From: a virus
Direction: 5' to 3' (one strand)
DNA length: 64,000 nt
IMG/VR virus record: IMGVR_UViG_3300005537_000002
Location: 96,001-160,000 of that record
Part shown: in pieces, positions 56,641-63,758 of the stretch
Layout of the letters: every line of letters starts with the position of its first letter
How positions within the stretch are numbered: the stretch's first letter is position 1
The notes under the pieces: model-generated
Told to the model about the DNA's origin: nothing
Database searches by the model: none
What the model saw: the letters and a program-made list of their open reading frames with translations, nothing else
Position numbers and translations under genes: made by a program

Positions 56641-56865
56641 TTGTTGCCTGGTTAGGTCGCTGTTTTGTGGCTTATAAGGAACTGCTTCCAGTGAACACGT
56701 TCACTAGTGGCTGTACTGCGGGCCAGCTTCCTGGCAGAAGGCCAGCTTACGCTAGCATTCAGGCGTCGTAGCTCGTTACGGAGAGGGTAGTAACGAAACG
56801 TTAGCGCTAGCCCACGAACTTCTACGAAGTGTTAGCAAATTGGGCAAAACTGTAACGTATTTTCC

Positions 56866-56894
56866 TTGACATCCGTGTATTGGCATGGTATACT
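56866..56894 (+). promoter_or_regulatory. consensus sigma70 promoter with extended -10
   Basis: TTGACA-N17-TATACT, with TG at 56886-87. Confidence 0.9.
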
Positions 56895-56923
56895 CCTTGT
56901 GTAGGGTGAGGGAGTGAGGAAAC

Positions 56924-56942
56924 GGGTTACACAGTGTAACCC
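56924..56942. repeat. palindrome, 9-bp arms
   Basis: GGGTTACAC-A-GTGTAACCC in the 5' leader. Confidence 0.85.
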
Positions 56943-56977
56943 TCCTACAATCCAGGTACACCCACAAAGGAGATTTC

Positions 56978-57478
56978 ATGGCTAGCTTAAACATCACTGC
57001 ACAAAATGTTGACTCACAAGCACGCGACAAAGCGTTAAAGCTCGCGCAACAGTTGAACGTCACACTACACGGCTTTCCAACAGGGAAGGCACCTATGCTG
57101 GCAGTCATTGAGCGTGCTGGAGAAAAGCAGTGTGATGTGTACTACTCTGAGAGCCAATCACCACAAGGCATGTGTCACATCGCCGCAAGGTCAACGGGCA
57201 AGGGACCGTCAAGCAGCAACGCAAACGCAAACGGCCCATTCAACGCCCGTGAAGTGTCGGAGCAAGTAGCTTTCCTGTTCACACGACACTATATGAACTT
57301 GCGCGTCGGAACGCCAGGACACATTACTAACCCACAAGAGACGGTAGCCAATGCCGATGGTACGGTTACGTTGAGACTGCACAACGGTCAAGCCTTTACG
57401 ATCTCTGTCACTGCTGTTAAGCCTGTTACTGTCACTGAGGTTAGCCCGCTTCTTGCCAAGACTGCCAACGCTAAGTAA
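56978..57478 (+). CDS. hypothetical protein
   Basis: SD AAAGGAG; first gene after the consensus promoter. Confidence 0.85.
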   Translation: MASLNITAQNVDSQARDKALKLAQQLNVTLHGFPTGKAPMLAVIERAGEKQCDVYYSESQSPQGMCHIAARSTGKGPSSSNANANGPFNAREVSEQVAFLFTRHYMNLRVGTPGHITNPQETVANADGTVTLRLHNGQAFTISVTAVKPVTVTEVSPLLAKTANAK

Positions 57479-57492
57479 CTCACCTGAGACAG

Positions 57493-57508
57493 TGTTTCAC
57501 ATGAAACA
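57493..57508. promoter_or_regulatory. parS-like site 1 (inside a 32-bp palindrome, 57485-57516)
   Basis: TGTTTCACATGAAACA, 15/16 match to the parS consensus TGTTTCACGTGAAACA. Confidence 0.7.
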
Positions 57509-57540
57509 CTGTCTCATACTTCAAAGAAGGAGATTTCACC

Positions 57541-57915
57541 ATGTCAAGGCTGTCTAAGCTCATGGCGCAAGAGGCATTGCTCTCTGACGACGTACTGTTG
57601 ACTTCGCTCGTTGCGCTTGCCGACCTATGTATGCCTATGCCTATCGCAAAGCTTACCGACGTGCAGCAGAAAAGACTGCTCAAGATTGGCTGTACCTTTG
57701 ACTTGACCGTACAGTTGACACCGTACAAGGTACACGCTCGTCTAGCGTTCGATAACTCTGAGTGCGCGTACACGCTGTATCGTTGCTCTCATCGTCAAGA
57801 GTGCAAGTTTGAACAGGTTGAACTAGCTTCAACGAGCTACCACTTGGCTGAACTGATACAGGACAACATCGATCTAGTACGACTCATGCACTTGACTGTA
57901 CTCACTATCCGCTAG
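57541..57915 (+). CDS. hypothetical protein
   Basis: SD AAGGAG. Confidence 0.85.
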   Translation: MSRLSKLMAQEALLSDDVLLTSLVALADLCMPMPIAKLTDVQQKRLLKIGCTFDLTVQLTPYKVHARLAFDNSECAYTLYRCSHRQECKFEQVELASTSYHLAELIQDNIDLVRLMHLTVLTIR

Positions 57916-57918
57916 TTA

Positions 57919-57934
57919 TGTTTCACATGAAACA
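57919..57934. promoter_or_regulatory. parS-like site 2
   Basis: Identical TGTTTCACATGAAACA, intergenic. Confidence 0.7.
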
Positions 57935-57964
57935 CCCAATACTTAGAAAGAAGGATCTACCATC

Positions 57965-58417
57965 GTGACTACTACAACCAACCAACCTGCTACCCGTTCA
58001 CTGATGTCAATCTTGCGCTCGTACGGCTACACGCGTGAGACAGCGTGTGACATCCCTACTGAGACGTTACGCGGTATAGTCGATGTACACATGTACCCAT
58101 GTGAGTACCTTGTAGAAATGGCTGATACGCCGTTTCCAGTTGTCGAGTCCCTTCTGTATATGGGCTATGCCTTACAGTGTACGATTGAGCGCTACATCGA
58201 CACGGTACACTGTGAGCGTATAGTCGCGCTTGACGGTCAGGTACACGTATTGGGAGTCGAACAGTCTCGACACTCCTTTACAGAGATAGTAGACCTTGCG
58301 TACAGCTTCCCTACACTGTCAGACCTTGCACTAGAGTACAGTACCGACCCCATAGTATGCGGTATCCTGATCGACTCAACCACTTATCCGTACAGTGAGG
58401 TGCAACCATGCGCATAG
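57965..58417 (+). CDS. hypothetical protein
   Basis: SD AAGGA, GTG start. Confidence 0.8.
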   Translation: MTTTTNQPATRSLMSILRSYGYTRETACDIPTETLRGIVDVHMYPCEYLVEMADTPFPVVESLLYMGYALQCTIERYIDTVHCERIVALDGQVHVLGVEQSRHSFTEIVDLAYSFPTLSDLALEYSTDPIVCGILIDSTTYPYSEVQPCA

Positions 58418-58587
58418 TTGCCCAACGACCAACTGACACGCCTTCTAAGTTGAGACAGGCGCACATCACACTACGACGCCTGTACCTGACATCGCTCGTC
58501 GTGTGTCGTGTGTCTGGCGCTATCGTAGAGGTACTACGACTAGCACGCTACCGTATTGTTACAGCGTGGATCGACTCAGCAGAATAA
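58408..58587 (+). CDS. small basic protein (59 aa, absent from the ORF track)
   Basis: SD GAGGTG, ATG 58408, TAA 58585-87. Confidence 0.7.
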   Translation: MRIVAQRPTDTPSKLRQAHITLRRLYLTSLVVCRVSGAIVEVLRLARYRIVTAWIDSAE

Positions 58588-58599
58588 GGAGTTACCTCA

Positions 58600-58935
58600 A
58601 TGGAGAGACGATTTTCACTATGGCCCGTTGGCGTAGACATGCATACCCTTGTACCTATGATTGCGCTATTCTTTGTACTACTGGCATACGCCCTACACCC
58701 ACGTACAGACGAGCGTTACAGTTTTGATGCGTTCTACAATCGGTTGACCCCTACAACTCAGGATCAAGTAGGCTATTGCCCACCTGAGAATGTGCCTACT
58801 GGTATGGTTGTACACTGTGCCAACACTGGCGCTAACCCTACTGTACAACAAAGTGACTTGTGGTCTATGTGGGATGAGTGGAAACTGTGTACACACTATC
58901 AGGACAGTTTCGCGTGTGCATCGTTGCAGCAATAG
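58600..58935 (+). CDS. membrane-anchored or exported protein
   Basis: N-terminal TM; four Cys. Confidence 0.8.
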   Translation: MERRFSLWPVGVDMHTLVPMIALFFVLLAYALHPRTDERYSFDAFYNRLTPTTQDQVGYCPPENVPTGMVVHCANTGANPTVQQSDLWSMWDEWKLCTHYQDSFACASLQQ

Positions 58936-58979
58936 TAGAATGGCCCTCCCTATGGCTGAGGTGGTGGTATGGTAGAGGT

Positions 58980-59130
58980 CTGAGTCGATCAGTAGTGCAA
59001 TGGCTGATCGACTCAGCGTACAGGAGCCACTAGCAGAGTGTTTCGTATAGCCAAGCCAAGATGAACTGGTGCGACCCTGGATAGTTTCTAGCCCTAGTGC
59101 AATCGCTTAAACAGCGTTGCACTAGGGCTA
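58980..59130. repeat. two long intergenic hairpins
   Basis: 13-bp stem 58980-59016; 14-bp stem 59089-59130. Confidence 0.85.
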
Positions 59131-59296
59131 CAGGCGTTTTAAGTTTTAGTTGAGTAAGGGAGCGGCGATGAAATGGTCCCGAAGCGCCCCCTGGGCAAAA
59201 CGCAGCATGACTCTCACTCCACTCCGCCTTTTGTAGCTAGCGATTTCCCCTGCCAATGTGTAAGCCAACGTTGCTGACGTAAGGGTCACCAGCCGC

Positions 59297-59328
59297 CTCT
59301 TGATTTCTGAGACGACATCATGTATAAT
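59297..59328 (+). promoter_or_regulatory. phage promoter (copy 17)
   Basis: CCTC-TTGATT(59300-05)-N17-TATAAT(59323-28). Confidence 0.8.
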
Positions 59329-59464
59329 ATAATTACTTAATCACATGCGGATACTGGTACCGCAGACTCCCGCCGTCAGGAAATTGCACCCGTACGGATC
59401 GCGATGGAGTCAGCTCTACACCGGCCACGGTATTTCCGCACCATACAATAAGAAGGAGAACGCG

Positions 59465-59812
59465 ATGTCAGACTCTACATTCCTCACGGGGAACGAACCA
59501 AGCGGCAACGATGGTGGTACTAGGCTCGACTTCACCGGCAGTAACCGCATGTCCACACATTCAGGCAACGGTCTCGATCAAGTCGCCCTCAATCGTCTAC
59601 TGCCTGTGCTCGTAGAGGCACGTACTAGAGGACGAATGATGCCCGCGGACCTATCACGAACAGCGCAGGAATGGTTGGCCGAGTACGCCAACGAGAACTA
59701 TGCCACTGTGCTAACCGGAACGGCAAGGGTGGAATGGCGTATTCATCACCTAGCAGTCGTGATGGAGCAAATGAAAGCACAGGAAGACACGCTCAAAGCG
59801 ATGTCGAAGTAA
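59465..59812 (+). CDS. hypothetical protein
   Basis: Start moved to ATG 59465 (SD AAGAAGGAG). Confidence 0.8.
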   Translation: MSDSTFLTGNEPSGNDGGTRLDFTGSNRMSTHSGNGLDQVALNRLLPVLVEARTRGRMMPADLSRTAQEWLAEYANENYATVLTGTARVEWRIHHLAVVMEQMKAQEDTLKAMSK

Positions 59813-59827
59813 AGGAGGAAGACTCGG

Positions 59828-60577
59828 ATGCGTTTGTTTATGCTACCTTCGAGTGGCGACTTTTGCTCTAAGCACCTAGTTATCGAACACGCTAGTACGC
59901 ACTTGTGTAGCAGACTGTTTCAACGCGGTAAGAGGTTTGACACCTACCGTGGTCGCAACTTACTACAACTACACGGTTTGGAGGACTACCACGACACGCT
60001 AGTAGCAGAAATGGAACGTCGTGGTATGCGACATCGCAGTCCTTTCCCTGAAGGGCTGCAGTACCCAAACGTTGGAACTGTCGATACTAAGCAGTCTAGT
60101 ATCGAACTAGGTGTGATGTGCGATGAGTGTCGTGTACGACTGGAACTGAACATGAACACAGGTGAGTTATTAACTGCGTTTCGACGCCTGCTAGAGGAAC
60201 GTAACTCACTGGCTGATGAGCACACGTTAGTATTGTGGCAGTTGGATCAAGCGTTACAAAGCGTTGAACCGATTGTCCGTCAGTACGACCCAACTGAACT
60301 TGAGACTATGGTCCGTTGGGCCGAACACATTCACCTGAAAGAGACCACAGAGCGAATTCAGCTAACTAACAAGTCTGAAGAGGTTCGGTGGCTCGCTGCT
60401 AACATCGCTGCCATTTACGGTATGCTGTCAACTCGAGCGACTCAAGGCTTGAAACTCGCTGAAAGTACAGGTAGAGACTACGTAGACACCGTAGTTGAAG
60501 ACCTGCAGGTTATGTTCGGGCCAGAAGAAGACGACAGTGACGGCGACGGTAACACAGGCAACCCCAAGACGAACTAA
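59828..60577 (+). CDS. pyrimidine-dimer DNA glycosylase/endonuclease V-like domain fused to a helical domain
   Basis: C..HL..EH, HD.LV.EM.RRG..H.SP, C..C..RL. Confidence 0.65.
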   Translation: MRLFMLPSSGDFCSKHLVIEHASTHLCSRLFQRGKRFDTYRGRNLLQLHGLEDYHDTLVAEMERRGMRHRSPFPEGLQYPNVGTVDTKQSSIELGVMCDECRVRLELNMNTGELLTAFRRLLEERNSLADEHTLVLWQLDQALQSVEPIVRQYDPTELETMVRWAEHIHLKETTERIQLTNKSEEVRWLAANIAAIYGMLSTRATQGLKLAESTGRDYVDTVVEDLQVMFGPEEDDSDGDGNTGNPKTN

Positions 60578-60580
60578 TCA

Positions 60581-60620
60581 TAGTATCAGTGGCTGTCCTA
60601 CTCCATAGCCACTGATACTA
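60581..60620 (+). terminator. hairpin, probable terminator
   Basis: 14-bp stem TAGTATCAGTGGCT/AGCCACTGATACTA right after the stop codon. Confidence 0.7.
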
Positions 60621-60660
60621 TAGTTTGAGAGTGTCCCTACTACTAAACGTCAAACGGTTA

Positions 60661-60693
60661 CTCTTGATTTGGGTTTCGGTTTACGATTATAAT
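60661..60693 (+). promoter_or_regulatory. phage promoter (copy 18)
   Basis: CTC-TTGATT(60664-69)-N18-TATAAT(60688-93). Confidence 0.8.
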
Positions 60694-60790
60694 ATAAACA
60701 TATAGGTACTCTTCGCTACAGTGGTGCCTATTTTACTTAGTAGAAGGCCAACATTTCTCAACAAAGGAATGTGGGAGGAAGGAAGAAGTT

Positions 60791-61822
60791 ATGAAGAATA
60801 CTTGCGCCCGTGAAGGTTGCAACAACGATGCAGTTAATAAGTACTGCAGCATGAGGTGCTTCGGCTTGGATAGGTCAGCTAAACAAGCACTTGCACCAGT
60901 TCCTGTAAACACCTGTGCTTTACCGACATGCAACGCACCCCTGCCAAAGGGTCATACCGGTAAGTACTGCCCTAAGACGGATCACTTCCCGCAGCATATG
61001 GCACTGAAGCGAGCAGTCTCTGCTGAAGAGCGTGAAGAGCAGTCTGTGTCGATCGCTTCACGCACAACCACTACGGAGACTGTGTTCGCTGCACAGTACA
61101 AAGTGGAACGGTCGAGAGCGTTTTTTGAGAAGACACAGGAAGAGTTGCGACAGACTCGAGAGGATAGCGAAAGGGAGGATAAGTGGTCCGCTTTTGAACA
61201 CAGGTTTTCAGAGGTTGGAGCAGCTCTTATCCCAGTCATCATGGCTATCGCCATTGGTGCTGACATCGCCGTGTTTCTGTGGAAACACAGTGGTGAGACC
61301 AATCCGTTTCTCAACCTACCCCTGCTGTTCCTGTCGATTGGTTTTGAGATTGCACTCGCGGCTCTCACGTATCATATTAGGGGCTTACTGAAGGACAAGA
61401 CTCTAGCACCTGAGTCGATGAAGGAGTCGGTAGAGCAGCGTTTTCGATCAGCTAGGACCGGTTGGTTCTTCCTAGCTATAGTATCATCACTAGCACAGTT
61501 TGCTGCTATCACCGGTGCAGACCTTACTGGACTAAACTTACTAGTTGGGACTGTCATCGCAGTACGTGTATTGGGAACAACTGGCGTAGATGGAGTCATT
61601 GCGCTGTGCTTTGCACCGCGAGTCAAGACTCCTGCGATGAGGGTCGCAGAACTGCGACAGGAAGCTGATGACTTACTCCAGTTGGCTGGAGCAATGAGGG
61701 AACGGCTTATCGCTGAGGGTGCTGTACGGTTGCAGTTCTTAGAGCTAGATCGACCTGCAGTGGGGTCTGTTAACGGGATCACGGAAGTACCTGACGCTAA
61801 CGATTCCCAAGCTTCCGCGTGA
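60791..61822 (+). CDS. membrane protein with two N-terminal Cys-finger motifs
   Basis: C..C...YCS..C and C..C...YC; about 4 TM segments; helical flanks. Confidence 0.8.
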   Translation: MKNTCAREGCNNDAVNKYCSMRCFGLDRSAKQALAPVPVNTCALPTCNAPLPKGHTGKYCPKTDHFPQHMALKRAVSAEEREEQSVSIASRTTTTETVFAAQYKVERSRAFFEKTQEELRQTREDSEREDKWSAFEHRFSEVGAALIPVIMAIAIGADIAVFLWKHSGETNPFLNLPLLFLSIGFEIALAALTYHIRGLLKDKTLAPESMKESVEQRFRSARTGWFFLAIVSSLAQFAAITGADLTGLNLLVGTVIAVRVLGTTGVDGVIALCFAPRVKTPAMRVAELRQEADDLLQLAGAMRERLIAEGAVRLQFLELDRPAVGSVNGITEVPDANDSQASA

Positions 61823-62210
61823 TACGATCGAAGATGCTAGTAACGTTCGATGGTGGAGCTGCTGTTTGCTGTCGAACGTTCAGTTCCAATACTGTGGAGT
61901 GGTAGTAGCAGTGGATGAAATAACGTCCTTCATCGTGGAGTTTGAGGTCACAGGCAATGCCTCCACGATGAAGGACGTCTAAACAATCAACTAGTTGTTC
62001 GTATTCCGCTTGGTAACCGTCCTCAGTGGTTTCGTCGTCTTCCATGAAACGAGTCCATACTACGCAGACTGCACCGGTTTGAGGATCAATGTACAGTTCG
62101 TAGCCCGAACTTAGTAACGGACGGTTATCATCAACTTCTGGACCGTATTTGCATCTTACTACACTACGCAAAGCTAAGTGTGCTTGTAGCGCAGTACGAG
62201 ATGCATACAT
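61797..62210 (-). CDS. hypothetical protein
   Basis: Convergent with the + block; GYEL...V.V.W...L...G motif. Confidence 0.8.
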   Translation of the reverse strand: MYASRTALQAHLALRSVVRCKYGPEVDDNRPLLSSGYELYIDPQTGAVCVVWTRFMEDDETTEDGYQAEYEQLVDCLDVLHRGGIACDLKLHDEGRYFIHCYYHSTVLELNVRQQTAAPPSNVTSIFDRITRKLGNR

Positions 62211-62216
62211 AACAGA

Positions 62217-62468
62217 TTACACCTTTCCAGCTTTGACGGCTACGCAATACAGACGTCGTGCTTGGTTGTAGCTGAATAACGTGTCAGTGTTTAAACCTCT
62301 CCAGAAGTTGATGAACGCAACATCCGCCTCTATACGACGTGCTAGTTCCTCACGTGTACAGACAGTTGCGTTACCGCAGTTCGCACACTTAGTACGTGTA
62401 CGTTCGTTACGCTCAAACCCACACTCCAGACAGACTCGATGAGGTTCCTCAGTCCCGTACTCGATCAT
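62217..62468 (-). CDS. zinc-ribbon protein
   Basis: CLECG...CANCG; start moved to ATG 62468. Confidence 0.75.
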   Translation of the reverse strand: MIEYGTEEPHRVCLECGFERNERTRTKCANCGNATVCTREELARRIEADVAFINFWRGLNTDTLFSYNQARRLYCVAVKAGKV

Positions 62469-62492
62469 ATATTCGACCTGACTTACTATAAC

Positions 62493-62575
62493 GCTATAGT
62501 TAGTTTTTACTGGGTGTATATACATAGATATATAAATCATACGTATACGTTTGCAGCCCGAGTAAAAACTAACTA
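62493..62575. repeat. inverted-repeat element, copy 2
   Basis: TAGTTAGTTTTTAC-N51-GTAAAAACTAACTA with internal ATAAATCATAC, as at 51.7 kb. Confidence 0.9.
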
Positions 62576-62588
62576 CAACCGTTTCTAA

Positions 62589-63173
62589 TTATGGTTGCTT
62601 GTAAATGGGTCTTCCAGTTTCAGTGCTTTTCCCAACAGGCTGTTGTGCTCGCCTTGCAGCAGCGATGTTATCCTTTACTGTTTGGCTAAGCGTCTTTCCC
62701 TTCATGGGATGGTCATTATGTTTGTAGTACTCTGTCACAGCCACTCGCAGCTTCTCCTTCTGTTCCGGGGGCATAGGTGGACGTTTACCCGCAGTCGTTG
62801 GTGTAGTAGTTGGCTGCACTATCTGCGTTTGAGTCACGACTACAACCGGTGTCTCTTCCGTGACGGGTTCAGCAATCTCGGATGGCTCAGCTACTACTGT
62901 AGTTGCATCGTCTAGCACAGACGGGTGTTCTTGCACCTCAACAACTGGCAGTTCAGTCTCAGTGTCAGGACCTTCTTCTACGTCAGGTTTAGGACTAGCG
63001 TCAACTACTTCCTCGACGGGTTTGACTACGACAGCATCTAGCTGTGCTTCTGTAGTTGGCTCGACAGAGCCTAATTCTGGTTCGCCCAACTCAAGCTCGA
63101 GTGTGGCGGTCTCAACGTTAGCGACTGCCTTACGACGACGTGATGTTCCTTCGGATGTCTTCTTACGTGGCAT
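62589..63173 (-). CDS. NUMOD3-motif protein with disordered acidic linker
   Basis: MPPEQKEKLR and HPMKGKTLSQTVKDNI; no nuclease motif seen. Confidence 0.7.
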   Translation of the reverse strand: MPRKKTSEGTSRRRKAVANVETATLELELGEPELGSVEPTTEAQLDAVVVKPVEEVVDASPKPDVEEGPDTETELPVVEVQEHPSVLDDATTVVAEPSEIAEPVTEETPVVVVTQTQIVQPTTTPTTAGKRPPMPPEQKEKLRVAVTEYYKHNDHPMKGKTLSQTVKDNIAAARRAQQPVGKSTETGRPIYKQP

Positions 63174-63234
63174 GGGGATCCAACTCCTTTTCGGTACAAT
63201 GGAGCGTTTGCTCCTTGTTTTATTATATATGTAT

Positions 63235-63267
63235 ATTATAAACGAAGTACCGACAGAAAATCAAGAG
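63235..63267 (-). promoter_or_regulatory. phage promoter (copy 19, - strand)
   Basis: CTC-TTGATT(63264-59)-N18-TATAAT(63240-35). Confidence 0.82.
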
Positions 63268-63304
63268 TGTCCCCTACAGTTATGACTGCAATTTTTCTCA
63301 GGCG

Positions 63305-63739
63305 TTACCTGCTTAGGTTGTGGAGGCCCACTAAAACCTCTAGCGATAGATGCTGATAACTACCTACTGTGGAGTGCAAGTACCGCAATAAGTGAGCACA
63401 GGCGTCAATGTGATGTGCGAGCACCTTATGAGGTTTCAACAGTAAGGTTGCGTCATCTAAGAACGCTGTCCGAGACGAGGGTGTTTGCTGCACCAACAGT
63501 AGGTGGTGCAATTCTGAGAAGGCTTCGATGGCACCGATGACTTTGACTGTACGTAGCATCGGTCCATGAGACACATTACCTGAGTTGAACGACTCGCACA
63601 CGATAACCCCAGAGGGTCCGATGTGCTGCAGATACAGATGTAAGTCTGTATACGTCTTTAGCACATCGGTGTAGAGCGTTAGCTCCCTTAGGTACGCGAT
63701 CCCGATACTGACTCCAGGATCGACACAGAAAACTTCCAA
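63305..63739 (-). CDS. RuvC-like Holliday junction resolvase (phage type)
   Basis: VDPG..G.A, V.CE.F, IGAI, Q.P, H..DA..H. Confidence 0.8.
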   Translation of the reverse strand: MEVFCVDPGVSIGIAYLRELTLYTDVLKTYTDLHLYLQHIGPSGVIVCESFNSGNVSHGPMLRTVKVIGAIEAFSELHHLLLVQQTPSSRTAFLDDATLLLKPHKVLAHHIDACAHLLRYLHSTVGSYQHLSLEVLVGLHNLSR

Positions 63740-63758
63740 CTGACTACCACTCCAACTG

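Noticed and set aside
466-57773. Many - strand ORFs in the track (for example 25456..25827, 34647..35045, 49093..49542, 56776..57108)
   Set aside because: They are shadows of well-supported + genes, with no SD sites and low-complexity Ser/Thr-rich translations.
59150-59210. GGGAGCG...CCCCTGGGCA resembling a ZTP riboswitch
   Set aside because: The conserved 5' GACTGGCG and GGTGG/CCAC elements are missing and it is not in a leader position.
59400-59425. GCGATGGAGTC resembling the start of a fluoride riboswitch
   Set aside because: The downstream pseudoknot elements are absent.
2069-63267. Dispersed repeats as a CRISPR array
   Set aside because: They are kilobases apart, have no regular spacers, carry promoter boxes, and no cas genes are seen.
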